Assembly (NCBI GenBank): GCA_023666645.1 | Contig: JAMPBP010000007.1 | Location: forward strand, 1-50,818 | Source of the DNA: Clostridiales bacterium | GTDB lineage: Bacteria > Bacteroidota > Bacteroidia > Bacteroidales > Muribaculaceae | DNA: 50,818 nucleotides | Reading direction: 5' to 3' | In this document: one piece after another, positions 29,652-40,643 of the stretch | Position numbering within the stretch: position 1 is the first letter of the stretch | How the letters are laid out: each line of letters opens with the position of its first letter | Made by a program: the position numbers and the translations under genes | The notes under the pieces: model-generated | Databases searched by the model: none | What the model was told of the DNA's origin: nothing | Seen by the model: only the letters and a program-made list of their open reading frames with translations

Positions 29652-31039
29652 GCACCGACAACCGCATATCCCGTAAGAGCATTGACATGCTCAGTCCGGA
29701 AAACCTCACCGGAAAGATTATAAAGTTTGTATTGCCTATTTTGGCATGTGGCATAGTACAGCAATCATTCAACGCAGTCGATATTGCCGTAGTAGGTAGA
29801 TTTGTAGGTCACGAGGCATTGGCAGCAGTAGGTGCCAATGGCCCGGTGATAGGTCTCATCATCAATTTGTTCATGGGCCTGTCGCTCGGCTCCAACGTCA
29901 TCATAGCCAATCTGATAGGACAGCGCAACAGAGAAGGAATACGAAAAGCAGTAGCCACCTCAGCAGCTCTCGCCCTCATAAGCGGTGTGGTAATGATGAT
30001 GATAGGATTGACTATCGCTGGTCCAATACTGGCTCTACTTGAAACACCGGTGGAAGTCATTGACAAAGCAACAGAATATCTCACAATTCTATCTTTGGGG
30101 TTCCCCGGAATGATGATTTACAACTTTGGCTCGGCGATACTGAGAAGTGTAGGCGACACAAAGCGCCCATTCTATTGTCTCGTTGCCGGCGGACTTGTAA
30201 ATGTAATCCTTAATCTCACATTTGTACTCGGATTTGGTATGGGGGTGGAAGGTGTCGCTATCGCTACTTCTATATCAAATTATGTGAGTGGCATGTGTAT
30301 AGTATGGTTATTATTTCACGAGACAGGTGACATAAGACTCAATCCCCACTGCATTAAATTATTCCACAAGGAACTTGGCAAAATCATAAGGATTGGATTG
30401 CCGGCAGGAATACAAGGCATGGTGTTTGCTTTGTCAAATGTATTTGTTCAGTCGGGAATCAATTCATTTGGCCACGAAACGGTATCGGGATCGGCGGCCG
30501 CACTGACATTTGAATTCTACAGTTTCTTCATCATAGTGTCGTTCACCCAGGCTTGCATAGCATTCATGAGTCAGAATTATGGTGCCGGCAACATGGATAT
30601 GTGCAGGAGCATCTTCAAACGCTGCTTTTGGCTGAGCATAATCAGTTGCTGCATCTTCAATGTCGCCATAGTCGTATTCAATGAGCCGGCTATAGAAATT
30701 TTCACCGATGATGCCATAGTTGCATCACATGCCGCAACGCGTATATCTGGAGTCCTGATGTACCAATTCATAGCGTGCACTTATGAGATTTCCGGAGGAG
30801 CGCTCCGTGCTTTGGGCTACTCAATAATGCCCATGCTGATTACCGTCATAGGCACATGTATGCTCAGAATCGCATGGTGTTCATCTCATCTGTGGAATAA
30901 TTTTGCTCAACTTATCGCAATCTATCCAATCAGTTGGGTCATTACAGGTGTTATAATGATGACGGCCTATTTCATCATAAGCCGTAAAGTTTATCACCAA
31001 AAACATTTAACTGGATATGAAAACAGCGCGCGATATTAA
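29648..31039 (+). CDS. MATE family efflux transporter
   Basis: It has 12-TM topology and typical MATE N-terminal motifs. Length is 463 aa. Confidence 0.85.
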   Translation: MSTDNRISRKSIDMLSPENLTGKIIKFVLPILACGIVQQSFNAVDIAVVGRFVGHEALAAVGANGPVIGLIINLFMGLSLGSNVIIANLIGQRNREGIRKAVATSAALALISGVVMMMIGLTIAGPILALLETPVEVIDKATEYLTILSLGFPGMMIYNFGSAILRSVGDTKRPFYCLVAGGLVNVILNLTFVLGFGMGVEGVAIATSISNYVSGMCIVWLLFHETGDIRLNPHCIKLFHKELGKIIRIGLPAGIQGMVFALSNVFVQSGINSFGHETVSGSAAALTFEFYSFFIIVSFTQACIAFMSQNYGAGNMDMCRSIFKRCFWLSIISCCIFNVAIVVFNEPAIEIFTDDAIVASHAATRISGVLMYQFIACTYEISGGALRALGYSIMPMLITVIGTCMLRIAWCSSHLWNNFAQLIAIYPISWVITGVIMMTAYFIISRKVYHQKHLTGYENSARY

Positions 31040-31841
31040 AGCATCACTTGAAAAAGGCCGTCGCACATCAGTAAACATCACCTATATGACATTACATGTG
31101 ATAATGCTCGCATTATCAATTTTCTTGGTCATAAGCATTTCCATCGATTCATTCAAAGGCGATATTTTTTATGGTGAGCCACGTTTCATGAAAACCCAAC
31201 TGTGGATATGTATCGTATTTCTCGTGGACTTTTTCATAGAGTTCTTCATGGCCAAACGTAAATGGCACTATCTTTACACACATTTTGTTTTTTTTCTCGT
31301 TTCAATACCATATCTACAGATTATCCAGCATTACGGCTGGACATTCTCAACCAATGTAATGTATCTGTTGCAATTCATCCCATTGGTGAGGGGTGGATAT
31401 GCAATGGCAATAATTGTTGGATGGTTTGCCTATAACAAAGCTACAGGATTGTTTGTAACGTATCTGGTAACTCTGCTGGCTACGGTATATTTCGCCAGCC
31501 TGGTATTCTTTATGTTTGAACATCCTGTCAACCCGGGGGTGACAAATTATCGGGACGCGTTATGGTGGTCCATGATGGACGTGACGACTGTAGGTTGCAG
31601 CATCAATGCCGTCACATCAGTTGGGCGTATATTGTCGGTACTGCTTGCTGCCCTGGGAATGATGATGTTCCCTGTGTTCACAGTCTACATCACGTCGCTC
31701 ATCATGAGCAACAGGACGGCTGTGATAAGTCAAATGTCAAGTCATTCACTTATCAATAATATTGACGATTCAACCACGGGCTCCAAAACTCAGGATAATG
31801 TATCGGTCCACACAACCCATACAAGGGCCGATGACTCTTAG
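31017..31841 (+). CDS. Kv/KcsA-like ion channel with a non-canonical pore filter (TTVGCS). The true start is probably the ATG at about 31086.
   Basis: The pore-helix-like sequence ALWWSMMDVTTVGCSIN compares with Kv AFWWAVVTMTTVGYGD. TM segments flank it. Confidence 0.65.
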   Translation: MKTARDIKASLEKGRRTSVNITYMTLHVIMLALSIFLVISISIDSFKGDIFYGEPRFMKTQLWICIVFLVDFFIEFFMAKRKWHYLYTHFVFFLVSIPYLQIIQHYGWTFSTNVMYLLQFIPLVRGGYAMAIIVGWFAYNKATGLFVTYLVTLLATVYFASLVFFMFEHPVNPGVTNYRDALWWSMMDVTTVGCSINAVTSVGRILSVLLAALGMMMFPVFTVYITSLIMSNRTAVISQMSSHSLINNIDDSTTGSKTQDNVSVHTTHTRADDS

Positions 31842-31847
31842 TGACTC

Positions 31848-31865
31848 TTAGAGCCTGTCTCATAA
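31848..31865. repeat. Truncated copy of palindromic element family 2 (TTAGAGCCTGTCTCATAA), preceded by a tandem direct repeat TGACTCTTAG x2 (31833-31852)
   Basis: It is identical to the left arm of the full hairpin at 46188-46245. Confidence 0.5.
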
Positions 31866-31950
31866 CAAATATGGTGCCTATACTTTGTGTTATTGTATAT
31901 TTCCATTATCTTTGTAGGCGGTTTGCGAAAAAGAGACAGATTACAGGATC

Positions 31951-32418
31951 ATGGCTGAAAATAAAAACAACGATTCTTTAAGAACAGCGTTTCAGTCCTA
32001 CTTGAAAGAGAATGGACTGCGCGATACCTATGAACGACGGGTTATTATTGAAGCCATAACCAACAGCAAAGGACACTTTAACCTTGACAACCTGTCGGCC
32101 GACATCATTGAAAGCGGACACCAGGTGAGCCGAGCCACGATATACAACACAGTGGGACTTCTCGTTAAAGCGTCGCTTGTAAGGCGGCAACAATTTGACA
32201 ACGGAACGCATTTCTATGAATGTACCTACCGCATGCCATCGGGCAATCAACTCCACATGGTGTGCATCAACTGTGGCAAAGTAACTGAGCTCCGCAATGC
32301 TTCGGTGGCAAGAGAGTTGTCAATGATGAAATTTGGTTCGTTCGCGCCTCGTTACATAGCATTGTCGGTCTACGGCATGTGCTCACAATGTACACGCAAG
32401 ATGCGTAAAGAAAATTGA
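31951..32418 (+). CDS. Fur family transcriptional regulator
   Basis: It has a winged-helix N-terminal domain plus a C-terminal CxxC...CxxC (CINCGK...CSQC) metal site. A -7 element TAtcTTTG lies at about 31900. Confidence 0.8.
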   Translation: MAENKNNDSLRTAFQSYLKENGLRDTYERRVIIEAITNSKGHFNLDNLSADIIESGHQVSRATIYNTVGLLVKASLVRRQQFDNGTHFYECTYRMPSGNQLHMVCINCGKVTELRNASVARELSMMKFGSFAPRYIALSVYGMCSQCTRKMRKEN

Positions 32419-32501
32419 CATCGGTGCCATATATTCATGGACTGTTAAATAAATTAGGATATAACAATAACAACGATAAAAAACTAACCAACACATTACT
32501 C

Positions 32502-33785
32502 ATGACTAAAGTAGATGTTCTTTTAGGATTACAGTGGGGTGATGAGGGAAAAGGCAAAGTCGTCGACGTGCTTACCCCCGCCTACAATATTGTAGCACGC
32601 TTCCAAGGAGGCCCTAATGCCGGTCACACACTGGAGTTTGATGGCAAAAAGTATGTGCTTCGCTCCATTCCTTCAGGTATCTTCCAAAAAGGTCAGACCA
32701 ATATCATTGGCAACGGCGTGGTTCTTGACCCCATATTGTTCAAGGACGAAGCCGAGGCCCTCGAAGCAAGCGGTATAGACCTTAAGAGAATCCTCAAACT
32801 GTCGAAGAAAGTGCATCTCATAATGCCCACTCACCGTCTCCTCGACGCTGCCAATGAGAAAGCAAAGGGTGCAAACAAGATAGGCACTACCGGCAAAGGT
32901 ATAGGCCCCACATATACCGACAAAATTTCGCGCAACGGATTGCGATTGGGTGATGTGTTCCATGATTTTGACTCAAAGTACTCGGCAGCCCGTGACCGTC
33001 ATGTAGCCATTCTAAAGAGCATGGGAGAAGAGCCCGACTTTGCTCAACTCGAGGCCCAGTGGCTCGACGCTATCGGATACATGAAGCAATTTGAGATCAT
33101 TGACAGCGAATACGAAATAAATGAAGCTCTTAAGCATGACCGCAAGGTATTGTGTGAGGGCGCTCAGGGTACAATGCTCGATGTCGACTTCGGCTCTTAC
33201 CCATTTGTCACTTCAAGCAACACCATATGTTCGGGTGCTTGCTCCGGACTCGGTGTGGCACCCAACAAGATAGGTGAGGTTTATGGCATATTCAAGGCCT
33301 ATTGCACACGTGTAGGCAGCGGTCCATTCCCCACAGAACTTTTTGATGAGACCGGAAAAACCATACGCGATCTCGGTCACGAATATGGTGCCGTAACAGG
33401 TCGCGAGCGTCGTTGCGGTTGGATTGATCTCATTGCTCTCAAATATGCCATCATGATCAACGGTGTCACTCAGCTCATCATGATGAAGAGCGACGTTCTC
33501 GATGCCTTTGACGAAATCAAAGCATGTGTAGCTTATGAAATCAATGGAGAGCGCACTACACATTTCCCATTTGACGTCAATACCGATGATATCAAGCCCG
33601 TATATGTCACAATGCCGGGCTGGAAAACAGATATGACCAAATTTAACGATGAGTCGCAACTCCCCAAAGCATTCATTGACTATGTGTCATTCCTTGAGAA
33701 AGAGCTTGAGACTCCAATAACAATTCTTTCAGTAGGTCCCGACCGCGAACAGACAATTGTACGTAGCTCTTTCAAAAAAGCATGA
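32502..33785 (+). CDS. purA: Adenylosuccinate synthetase
   Basis: It has the P-loop GLQWGDEGKGK. The ORF track starts at a TTG at 32415, but the ATG at 32502 (MTKVDVLLG) gives the canonical N-terminus. Confidence 0.9.
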   Translation: MTKVDVLLGLQWGDEGKGKVVDVLTPAYNIVARFQGGPNAGHTLEFDGKKYVLRSIPSGIFQKGQTNIIGNGVVLDPILFKDEAEALEASGIDLKRILKLSKKVHLIMPTHRLLDAANEKAKGANKIGTTGKGIGPTYTDKISRNGLRLGDVFHDFDSKYSAARDRHVAILKSMGEEPDFAQLEAQWLDAIGYMKQFEIIDSEYEINEALKHDRKVLCEGAQGTMLDVDFGSYPFVTSSNTICSGACSGLGVAPNKIGEVYGIFKAYCTRVGSGPFPTELFDETGKTIRDLGHEYGAVTGRERRCGWIDLIALKYAIMINGVTQLIMMKSDVLDAFDEIKACVAYEINGERTTHFPFDVNTDDIKPVYVTMPGWKTDMTKFNDESQLPKAFIDYVSFLEKELETPITILSVGPDREQTIVRSSFKKA

Positions 33786-35467
33786 CAACCGAACAGGAGT
33801 GCTGCCGTGCCATCGCTGCTATGCTCCTGGCACACGGCATCAATGATATTGTAGTTTCGCCGGGTGCTCGTAACGCACCTCTCATTGATGCTGTTTACCG
33901 GATACATGAATTAACAACCACAGTGGTCGCTGACGAACGTTCAGCGGCCTTTGTGGCATTAGGCATTTCATTGGTTTCACATAAACCGGTAGCTCTGATT
34001 TGCACATCCGGGACTGCTGTTTTAAACTATTCTCCCGCTATTGCTGAAGCATATTACCGCAAGCTTCCGCTCTTGGTCATTACCGCAGATCGTCCTCACG
34101 AAGCTATCAATCGGAATTTACCTCAAACAATTGTGCAACAAGATGTATATCGCAACTTTATAAAGCGAAGTTTCAACATCAATTGCAGAGATGAAGCTCA
34201 TTTCCGGGACTTGACAATCAACGATGCACTATGCGCAGCGACTATCCAGCCCCAAGGCCCGGTACACATCAATGTTGAGATTCCCGACCCCACGGTCGAG
34301 GCAGATGATGCTGATGATATGCTCACAGTTGCACCGGTTGCAATAAGAGCGATACAGCGGTCGGGCCGAATTGACGATGAAACAATGAAGCAATTGGCCC
34401 AAACCTTGCAATCGCCCACCAAGGTAATGATTGTTGCCGGCGCCCTGTTACCCGATCAGAAGCTAAACAGAGCTATCGGCAGGTTAGGCCGATTCGGGAA
34501 CTTTGTGATACTGGCCGACTCCATAGCAAATCTTCATGGCGACGGTGTAATCGATTGCATTGATGCAACAATGACACAAACAGGGGGCCGTTTAAATGAC
34601 ATGTTACGCCCCGACATCGTGATTACAATAGGTGGTCCCGCAATTTCATCGACGCTTACAGAGTGTATAAAGAGAGACCGTATTGAACATTGGCACATAG
34701 GACTTGACAGCTTGAACTGTGACAGTTTTGGTACTATGACGGTGAGGATTGACACTGATGCCGCATCATTCTTGAGCCAACTTGTCTCTATGATGAGAAA
34801 ACCGGCAATAAGCAGCGACTATGTCAACCAATGGAATTACATAAAAGACGCAGCGGTGAAAAGCACCAAGACTTTTCTGATGAACGCTCCATGGAGCGAT
34901 ATGAAAGCTGTAAATACCGTGCTTAACCATGCCACTCGCAATTACAATATTCAGTTGTCCAATGGAATGACATTGAGATATGCCCAACTTCTACCTTCAA
35001 GATTCCACCGTGTGGACTGTAACAGAGGAGTGAGCGGAATAGATGGTTCCACGTCAACAGCAATCGGAGCTGCGCTAAAATATAAGAAAGAGACGCTTCT
35101 TATCACCGGTGATATGAGTGCGTCATACGATCTTAACGCCCTGACGCTGCCTTGCATCCCTCCACGCTTCAAAATAGTTGTCATCAATAATCATGGAGGG
35201 GGTATTTTCAAGTACATAAAAGGGACCCGTAATTTCAGCGGTGTTGACCAATTCATGCTCCCGGCAAGTAATGTAGACATTGCGGCAGTTGCCCGAGCCG
35301 CCGGCTTTACAATCCATGAGGCCAATAATGATGACCAACTTGAGAAAGCATGCAAAGCAACATTTAGTGACCGACAGCATACTCCTGTAATGATTGTCGT
35401 TAATACCGACGCTCAGATAAGCGCCGATACCATGAATGAGTATATCAAACGAAATGAAAACATTTAA
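33782..35467 (+). CDS. menD: 2-succinyl-5-enolpyruvyl-6-hydroxy-3-cyclohexene-1-carboxylate synthase (TPP enzyme)
   Basis: It has a TPP-binding fold, and its position at the head of the menB-menC-menE string supports the call. Confidence 0.8.
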   Translation: MTTEQECCRAIAAMLLAHGINDIVVSPGARNAPLIDAVYRIHELTTTVVADERSAAFVALGISLVSHKPVALICTSGTAVLNYSPAIAEAYYRKLPLLVITADRPHEAINRNLPQTIVQQDVYRNFIKRSFNINCRDEAHFRDLTINDALCAATIQPQGPVHINVEIPDPTVEADDADDMLTVAPVAIRAIQRSGRIDDETMKQLAQTLQSPTKVMIVAGALLPDQKLNRAIGRLGRFGNFVILADSIANLHGDGVIDCIDATMTQTGGRLNDMLRPDIVITIGGPAISSTLTECIKRDRIEHWHIGLDSLNCDSFGTMTVRIDTDAASFLSQLVSMMRKPAISSDYVNQWNYIKDAAVKSTKTFLMNAPWSDMKAVNTVLNHATRNYNIQLSNGMTLRYAQLLPSRFHRVDCNRGVSGIDGSTSTAIGAALKYKKETLLITGDMSASYDLNALTLPCIPPRFKIVVINNHGGGIFKYIKGTRNFSGVDQFMLPASNVDIAAVARAAGFTIHEANNDDQLEKACKATFSDRQHTPVMIVVNTDAQISADTMNEYIKRNENI

Positions 35468-35479
35468 CAACTGCAAATC

Positions 35480-36304
35480 ATGTCACAACGTGAATGGAAA
35501 ACGATAAAGGAATATACTGATATTCTGTTTCAACAATACAAAGGGATAGCCAAGATTACGATCAACCGCCCTGAAGTATACAATGCATTTCGTCCGCTTA
35601 CCAATAGGGAGATGCTTGATGCTGTAAACTATTGCCGCGAAGCCACCGATATAAGAGTCCTTATTCTCACCGGAGCTGGCGACAAGGCCTTCTGCTCGGG
35701 TGGAGACCAGCGTGTCAAAGGTGTAGGTGGCTACATAGATGAAGGCGGAATGCCACGACTCAATGTACTTGATCTGCACAAAGCTATCAGATCCCTTCCC
35801 AAGCCGGTGATTGCTATGGTCAACGGTTATTCAATAGGCGGCGGTAATGTGCTTCAAGTGGTATGTGACCTCACAATTGCATCGGAGAATGCACGGTTTG
35901 GACAGACCGGTCCCAAAGTAGGCAGCTTTGATGCCGGCTTTGGATCAAGTTATCTTGCGCGCTGTGTAGGTCAGAAAAAAGCACGGGAGATTTGGTTCCT
36001 ATGCCGACAATACTCGGCAGCCGAAGCTCTTGAAATGGGAATGATCAATGCCGTAGTACCTTTTGACCGACTTGAAGACGAAACTGTCGAATGGTGTGAG
36101 ACTATATGCAAGCGCAGTCCTATGGCTGTACGTATGATCAAGCGTGGTCTAAATGCCGAACTCGATGGTCAACGCGGCCTCATGGAATTGGCCGGTGATG
36201 CCACCCTCATGTTCTATCTGATGGAGGAGGCTCAGGAAGGGAAGAACGCTTTTCTCGAAAAAAGAGACCCCGATTTTGACCAGTTCCCCAAATTCCCCGG
36301 TTGA
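35480..36304 (+). CDS. menB: 1,4-dihydroxy-2-naphthoyl-CoA synthase (crotonase fold)
   Basis: It has the crotonase motifs [15 protein letters not shown] and NGYSIGGG. Length is 274 aa. Confidence 0.9.
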   Translation: MSQREWKTIKEYTDILFQQYKGIAKITINRPEVYNAFRPLTNREMLDAVNYCREATDIRVLILTGAGDKAFCSGGDQRVKGVGGYIDEGGMPRLNVLDLHKAIRSLPKPVIAMVNGYSIGGGNVLQVVCDLTIASENARFGQTGPKVGSFDAGFGSSYLARCVGQKKAREIWFLCRQYSAAEALEMGMINAVVPFDRLEDETVEWCETICKRSPMAVRMIKRGLNAELDGQRGLMELAGDATLMFYLMEEAQEGKNAFLEKRDPDFDQFPKFPG

Positions 36305-37353
36305 TGCTGACTGCAACTTTTGCCAAAGCCGTTCTCCACTTCAAATTTACCGCTATAACATCAAGACAGTCAATGACTGTCAAGGAGACTTATTTTGTAA
36401 AGGTCACCGATAGTGAAAGTGGTAGATGTGGAGTGGGGGAGTGTGCTTTATTCAAGGGGCTCAGCTCCGACGACTCACCCTTATACGAATCAATCCTGAC
36501 TGCTGTTTGCCGCGATATAGATCATATCGACTTGGGAAATGTCAACGAGTCATCAATAAGATTTGGCCTTGAAACTGCTTTGCGCGATCTGGAATCAGGT
36601 GGAAATTTCAAAATTTTTCCTGCTGAGTCATGGCTAAGTGGCCAAACCGGTATCCCTATCAACGGGCTCATATGGATGGGGGATCGTGACACTATGTTAC
36701 AACGCATCAATAACAAACTCAACGAAGGTTACCACTGTATCAAAATCAAAATCGGTGGCATAGATTTTGATAAAGAGCTTGAACTCCTCTCCTTCATAAG
36801 ATCCTGCTATGGAACTGATAAGCTGGAACTGAGACTGGATGCCAACGGCAGCATGAACCGACACAATGCTCTCAAACGTATAGATAGTCTTGCCCGTTAT
36901 GATATTCATTCCATCGAGCAGCCCGTAATGCCGGGACAATGGCAATTGATGAGAGAAATTACCCATGACTCACCTATTGCTATTGCTCTCGATGAGGAAA
37001 TGATAGGCAACATGGACTACGACCACCGTTGTCGTCTGCTCGATGCCATTATGCCTGCATACATAATATTGAAGCCCTCGCTCCATGGAGGATTCACCAC
37101 CTGTGATGGCTGGATCAAGGACGCTACAGAGCGTGAAATAAAATGGTGGGCGACATCGGCACTTGAATCCAACATTGGTCTCAATGCCATTGCCCAATGG
37201 GCAACATCAAAAAATGTCACCATGCCCCAGGGGCTCGGTACCGGAACTCTGTATGAAAACAATATCACATCGCCACTCGTTGTGAAGGATACTAAACTTT
37301 ATTATGACCCTGCCACATCATGGGACTACGGGGTTATAAATCGCATTATTTGA
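36301..37353 (+). CDS. menC: o-Succinylbenzoate synthase (enolase superfamily)
   Basis: It has the enolase-superfamily metal-ligand pattern (IKIKIGG...RLDANG...D...E) and sits between menB and menE. Confidence 0.75.
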   Translation: MMLTATFAKAVLHFKFTAITSRQSMTVKETYFVKVTDSESGRCGVGECALFKGLSSDDSPLYESILTAVCRDIDHIDLGNVNESSIRFGLETALRDLESGGNFKIFPAESWLSGQTGIPINGLIWMGDRDTMLQRINNKLNEGYHCIKIKIGGIDFDKELELLSFIRSCYGTDKLELRLDANGSMNRHNALKRIDSLARYDIHSIEQPVMPGQWQLMREITHDSPIAIALDEEMIGNMDYDHRCRLLDAIMPAYIILKPSLHGGFTTCDGWIKDATEREIKWWATSALESNIGLNAIAQWATSKNVTMPQGLGTGTLYENNITSPLVVKDTKLYYDPATSWDYGVINRII

Positions 37354-37372
37354 TTCATAATATACAGGACTG

Positions 37373-38344
37373 ATGATTCATTATAATGATGAAGCCACCG
37401 ATCGATTCCTTAAACAATGGAACGACAACAATGACTGGATAGAAGCTCACACGTCGGGATCAACCGGAACACCCAAAGTCATTAAATTGCTCAAAGCCGA
37501 TATGATTGCATCGGCTATGGCCACTTGCCGGTTCTTTTCCTTGAATTCTTCTTCCATCATGGTGTGCCCGTTGTCGGCCGAGTATATTGCCGGCAAGATG
37601 ATGATTGTGAGGGCGCTCGTCTCTAGAGCCCGATTATTCATGGAAAAGCCTTCCAATCGACCATTGCATGAAATGGATTATATGCAAGCTATCGATTTGC
37701 TTCCCGTTGTTCCTTCCCAGCTGAAAGGTCTCACTGAGAGATTGCTTGGACAAAATTTTATAGTCAAAAATATCATAGTAGGAGGGGCCGCAATGTCGCT
37801 CCGCGACCTCCATCTTGTTTCAAAATTAAACTCAAAGGTGTATGCTACCTACGGTATGACTGAGACATGCAGTCATGTAGCCTTGCGTGAGATAGGTGAT
37901 AACGGAGATATATATTTTGCGTTGCCGGGATATGAATTTCATACTGACGAGAGGGGATGTCTCGTAATTCATTCCATGACGCAATCGTTCAACCGTCTCG
38001 TAACAAACGACATGGTGAATCTTATCGACCGGCATCATTTCCAATGGAGAGGACGTTTTGATAATGTTATCATTTCAGGCGGGCTGAAGATTCATCCCGA
38101 GCAACTGGAACTGAGAATTACAAAGTTTGTTGCTCCCGGATTGACATTCTTCATAACATCAAAGGATGATGAAAAATGGGGGCAACGGGTGGTTATGTGT
38201 GTTGAAGGAGAGCCTTTTGACACCACTGTATTGGAATCAAGCTTGAGACAGAATCTGAAACCTCACGAAGTACCACGTGAGATTTTATTCATAAAGGAAT
38301 TTACCCGCACATCATCTGGCAAAATCAAAAGAAGCTTGCCATGA
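37373..38344 (+). CDS. menE: o-Succinylbenzoate-CoA ligase (short AMP-binding enzyme)
   Basis: It has the AMP-binding motif TSGSTGTPK and a C-terminal conserved Lys region (SSGKIKR). Confidence 0.75.
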   Translation: MIHYNDEATDRFLKQWNDNNDWIEAHTSGSTGTPKVIKLLKADMIASAMATCRFFSLNSSSIMVCPLSAEYIAGKMMIVRALVSRARLFMEKPSNRPLHEMDYMQAIDLLPVVPSQLKGLTERLLGQNFIVKNIIVGGAAMSLRDLHLVSKLNSKVYATYGMTETCSHVALREIGDNGDIYFALPGYEFHTDERGCLVIHSMTQSFNRLVTNDMVNLIDRHHFQWRGRFDNVIISGGLKIHPEQLELRITKFVAPGLTFFITSKDDEKWGQRVVMCVEGEPFDTTVLESSLRQNLKPHEVPREILFIKEFTRTSSGKIKRSLP

Positions 38345-38368
38345 GATAGCGACAAAGTTAGGGGGGGG

Positions 38369-39067
38369 TTATCCAAACTTAGAAATTTTCCTGAGCATCG
38401 ATTCATCGAGAATTCTGATACGCCTACCATCAACTGTAATGATTTTTTCAGCGACCAATCCGGTAAGCGTGCGTATGGCATTACTTGTTGTCATGTTTGA
38501 GAGGTTTGCAAGATCCTCTCGTGCCAAATAGATGCTGAGCGTGGAATCGTCTTCCTCGTAACCATAATTGTCACGCAATAAAATCAAAGCTTCAGCAAGG
38601 CGACCTCTTATATGCTTTTGTGTCAAGTTTACAATCTTTGTGTCGGATCCTCCGAGATTACGTGACAATTCATGTATAAAAAACCAAGTCAGCTGATTAT
38701 TTTCACGCATTAGTTCTTCGACAAACGACATGGGTAGGGCTCCAAGGGTAGAATTCTCAAAAGCGGCGGCTGTTGAGACATACGATTCACGAGCGAAATA
38801 AGCACGGTAACCAAAATATTGTACAGGTCTTATCAATCGCAGAATCTGCTGGCGGCCACCCAGTCCATCCTTATACAATTTCACTTTACCTTCGAGTAAT
38901 ATCCATAGATTTTCAGGATGCTCTCCCTCGGCATAGATGATTTTGTTCTTTTTGAAATTATGAATGGTCAACATTTCAATAATGCGCCGCTTCTGATCTC
39001 CTTCAAGTATTGACCATATATCAGCCAGATCTTCACTGATAACCTTTTCCAAATCGCTTTTTGTCAT
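38369..39067 (-). CDS. Crp/Fnr family transcriptional regulator
   Basis: It has an N-terminal cNMP-binding fold and a C-terminal HTH (LSNMTTSNAIRTLTGL). Length is 232 aa. Confidence 0.8.
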   Translation of the reverse strand: MTKSDLEKVISEDLADIWSILEGDQKRRIIEMLTIHNFKKNKIIYAEGEHPENLWILLEGKVKLYKDGLGGRQQILRLIRPVQYFGYRAYFARESYVSTAAAFENSTLGALPMSFVEELMRENNQLTWFFIHELSRNLGGSDTKIVNLTQKHIRGRLAEALILLRDNYGYEEDDSTLSIYLAREDLANLSNMTTSNAIRTLTGLVAEKIITVDGRRIRILDESMLRKISKFG

Positions 39068-39260
39068 ATTTGCCCTGTTGTATAACGATGTTTTAAAGCA
39101 TAAAATCGCTTAAAGTATGCAAATATACTCATAAAGGTGCACATGACAAAAATATTTTCCACAAATGTAAAATAATTGTGACAGAAAGGTTACGCTGAAG
39201 TCACATAGTGACATAGTATCGACAGCTTGCTTGGACTTGTAATTCATTGATTTTAAATAG

Positions 39261-39304
39261 AAAAAAATGAGGGGATGATTCCTTTTCAAACCTTTCCCTC
39301 ATTT
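39261..39304 (-). terminator. Rho-independent terminator after the TolC-family gene
   Basis: The minus strand reads ATGAGGG-aaaggtttgaaaaggaatcat-CCCTCAT followed by TTTTTTTT. Confidence 0.55.
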
Positions 39305-39334
39305 CAATAATCGATATTATTTTATTGCTACTGT

Positions 39335-40639
39335 TCAGTGCTGGTAGAAACGAAGAATACGATAGCGCAACAGATATTCATATCGTGCCTGTAACTGTTG
39401 GATACGTGCAGAGAAGAGATTGGTCTTGGACTGTTCATATTCGGTCGATGTTGCACGGCCTAAATTATATTTCTGCGACATGGCTTCAAAAGAGATCTCA
39501 GCCGCACGGCAAGTAGTGATTGCAGTTTCATACTTGTCACGAGCACCCGTTGCCTGAACATGAACTTGCTGAATTGTTTTATACAAATCACTACGCACTT
39601 GGTCGGACTGAAGCTGTGCCGAGAGATATTGGACCCGAGCCCTTTTTACGGCTGTAGGTGTATTAAGCGCGTCAAAAATAGGGATGTTCAGTGAAATTCC
39701 TATATAGGTGCTGTAATTCTCACGCATCTGGGTCTTGAACGGGAGGTTATTTGTTCCGTTAAGCTTATAATAGCTTGTTCCTACACCTCCTCCGAGTGAC
39801 AGTGTGGGTATATAGCCAGTCTGCGCTACCTTTATTGCCGACTGAGCAACGTCAACCTGTGCTTCGGCAGCTTTGAGTCCGCTATAATTGCACAATGCCG
39901 ACTCATACACGACACTCGCTGCAGGTATTACAGGGTCCTCACCATCAAGAGCAACGATATCAAAACCTTCGGGCGATTCCAACTGTAGCAATTGTGTCAA
40001 TTCAAGCAATGCAAGCCTATAGTCATTTCCGGCATTGACAAGTGTCAATTTATCTTTGGCAAGCTGAGATTCAGCCTCAAGCACCTCGATTTCAGCAATT
40101 TTACCTTCATCAGCAAGCGTGCGGCGACGCTCGAGTTCATGTTTTGACAAGTCAACCTGAGCCTGCGAGGTCTCCATAACCTCTTTATTGTAGAGTACTT
40201 GAAGATACTGGGCAATGACATTGAGCGTCACATTGTCACGTGTTTGCTCGAGCTGCCAGGCAAGCTGCCGGAGATTAAGTTTGGCCTGCTGCAGATTACG
40301 GCTGTTACGAAGTCCGCTGAAAATAGGAACTGATAGTGACAGATTCATCGACAAGCTCGAGGTATTACGGTTGGCATAGGTGTTCTGTGACGTGAGACCG
40401 CGTCCAAAGTTGAACGACTCTGAAACACTGCCATTGACCTGAGGCAAGAATGCATTTCGGCTTTCACTGATTTGCAATTCTCCGTTCCTGACACTTTGCT
40501 GCTGTAGCTTGACATCGATATTGTTTTCTATCGCATAGTCGATACATTCCTGTAAGTCCCAGTCGCGGGCTGTGGCTTGATTCATGGTTGGCACCGCAAT
40601 CATGAGCAATGCCGCTGCTGATATATTGACAAGTTTCAT
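39335..40639 (-). CDS. TolC family outer-membrane efflux protein
   Basis: It has a signal peptide from the internal ATG (MKLVNISAAALLM; the ORF track starts earlier at 40681). It has the two-repeat alpha/beta-barrel OMP composition and sits in an efflux operon. Confidence 0.85.
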   Translation of the reverse strand: MKLVNISAAALLMIAVPTMNQATARDWDLQECIDYAIENNIDVKLQQQSVRNGELQISESRNAFLPQVNGSVSESFNFGRGLTSQNTYANRNTSSLSMNLSLSVPIFSGLRNSRNLQQAKLNLRQLAWQLEQTRDNVTLNVIAQYLQVLYNKEVMETSQAQVDLSKHELERRRTLADEGKIAEIEVLEAESQLAKDKLTLVNAGNDYRLALLELTQLLQLESPEGFDIVALDGEDPVIPAASVVYESALCNYSGLKAAEAQVDVAQSAIKVAQTGYIPTLSLGGGVGTSYYKLNGTNNLPFKTQMRENYSTYIGISLNIPIFDALNTPTAVKRARVQYLSAQLQSDQVRSDLYKTIQQVHVQATGARDKYETAITTCRAAEISFEAMSQKYNLGRATSTEYEQSKTNLFSARIQQLQARYEYLLRYRILRFYQH

Positions 40640-40643
40640 ATCC

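Noticed and set aside
32415-32501. N-terminal 29-codon extension of purA from a TTG start overlapping the fur stop
   Set aside because: The extension (MTSVPYIHGLLNKLGYNNNNDKKLTNTLL) is low-complexity and non-conserved-looking. The ATG at 32502 gives the canonical PurA N-terminus MTKVDVLLGLQWGDEGKGK.
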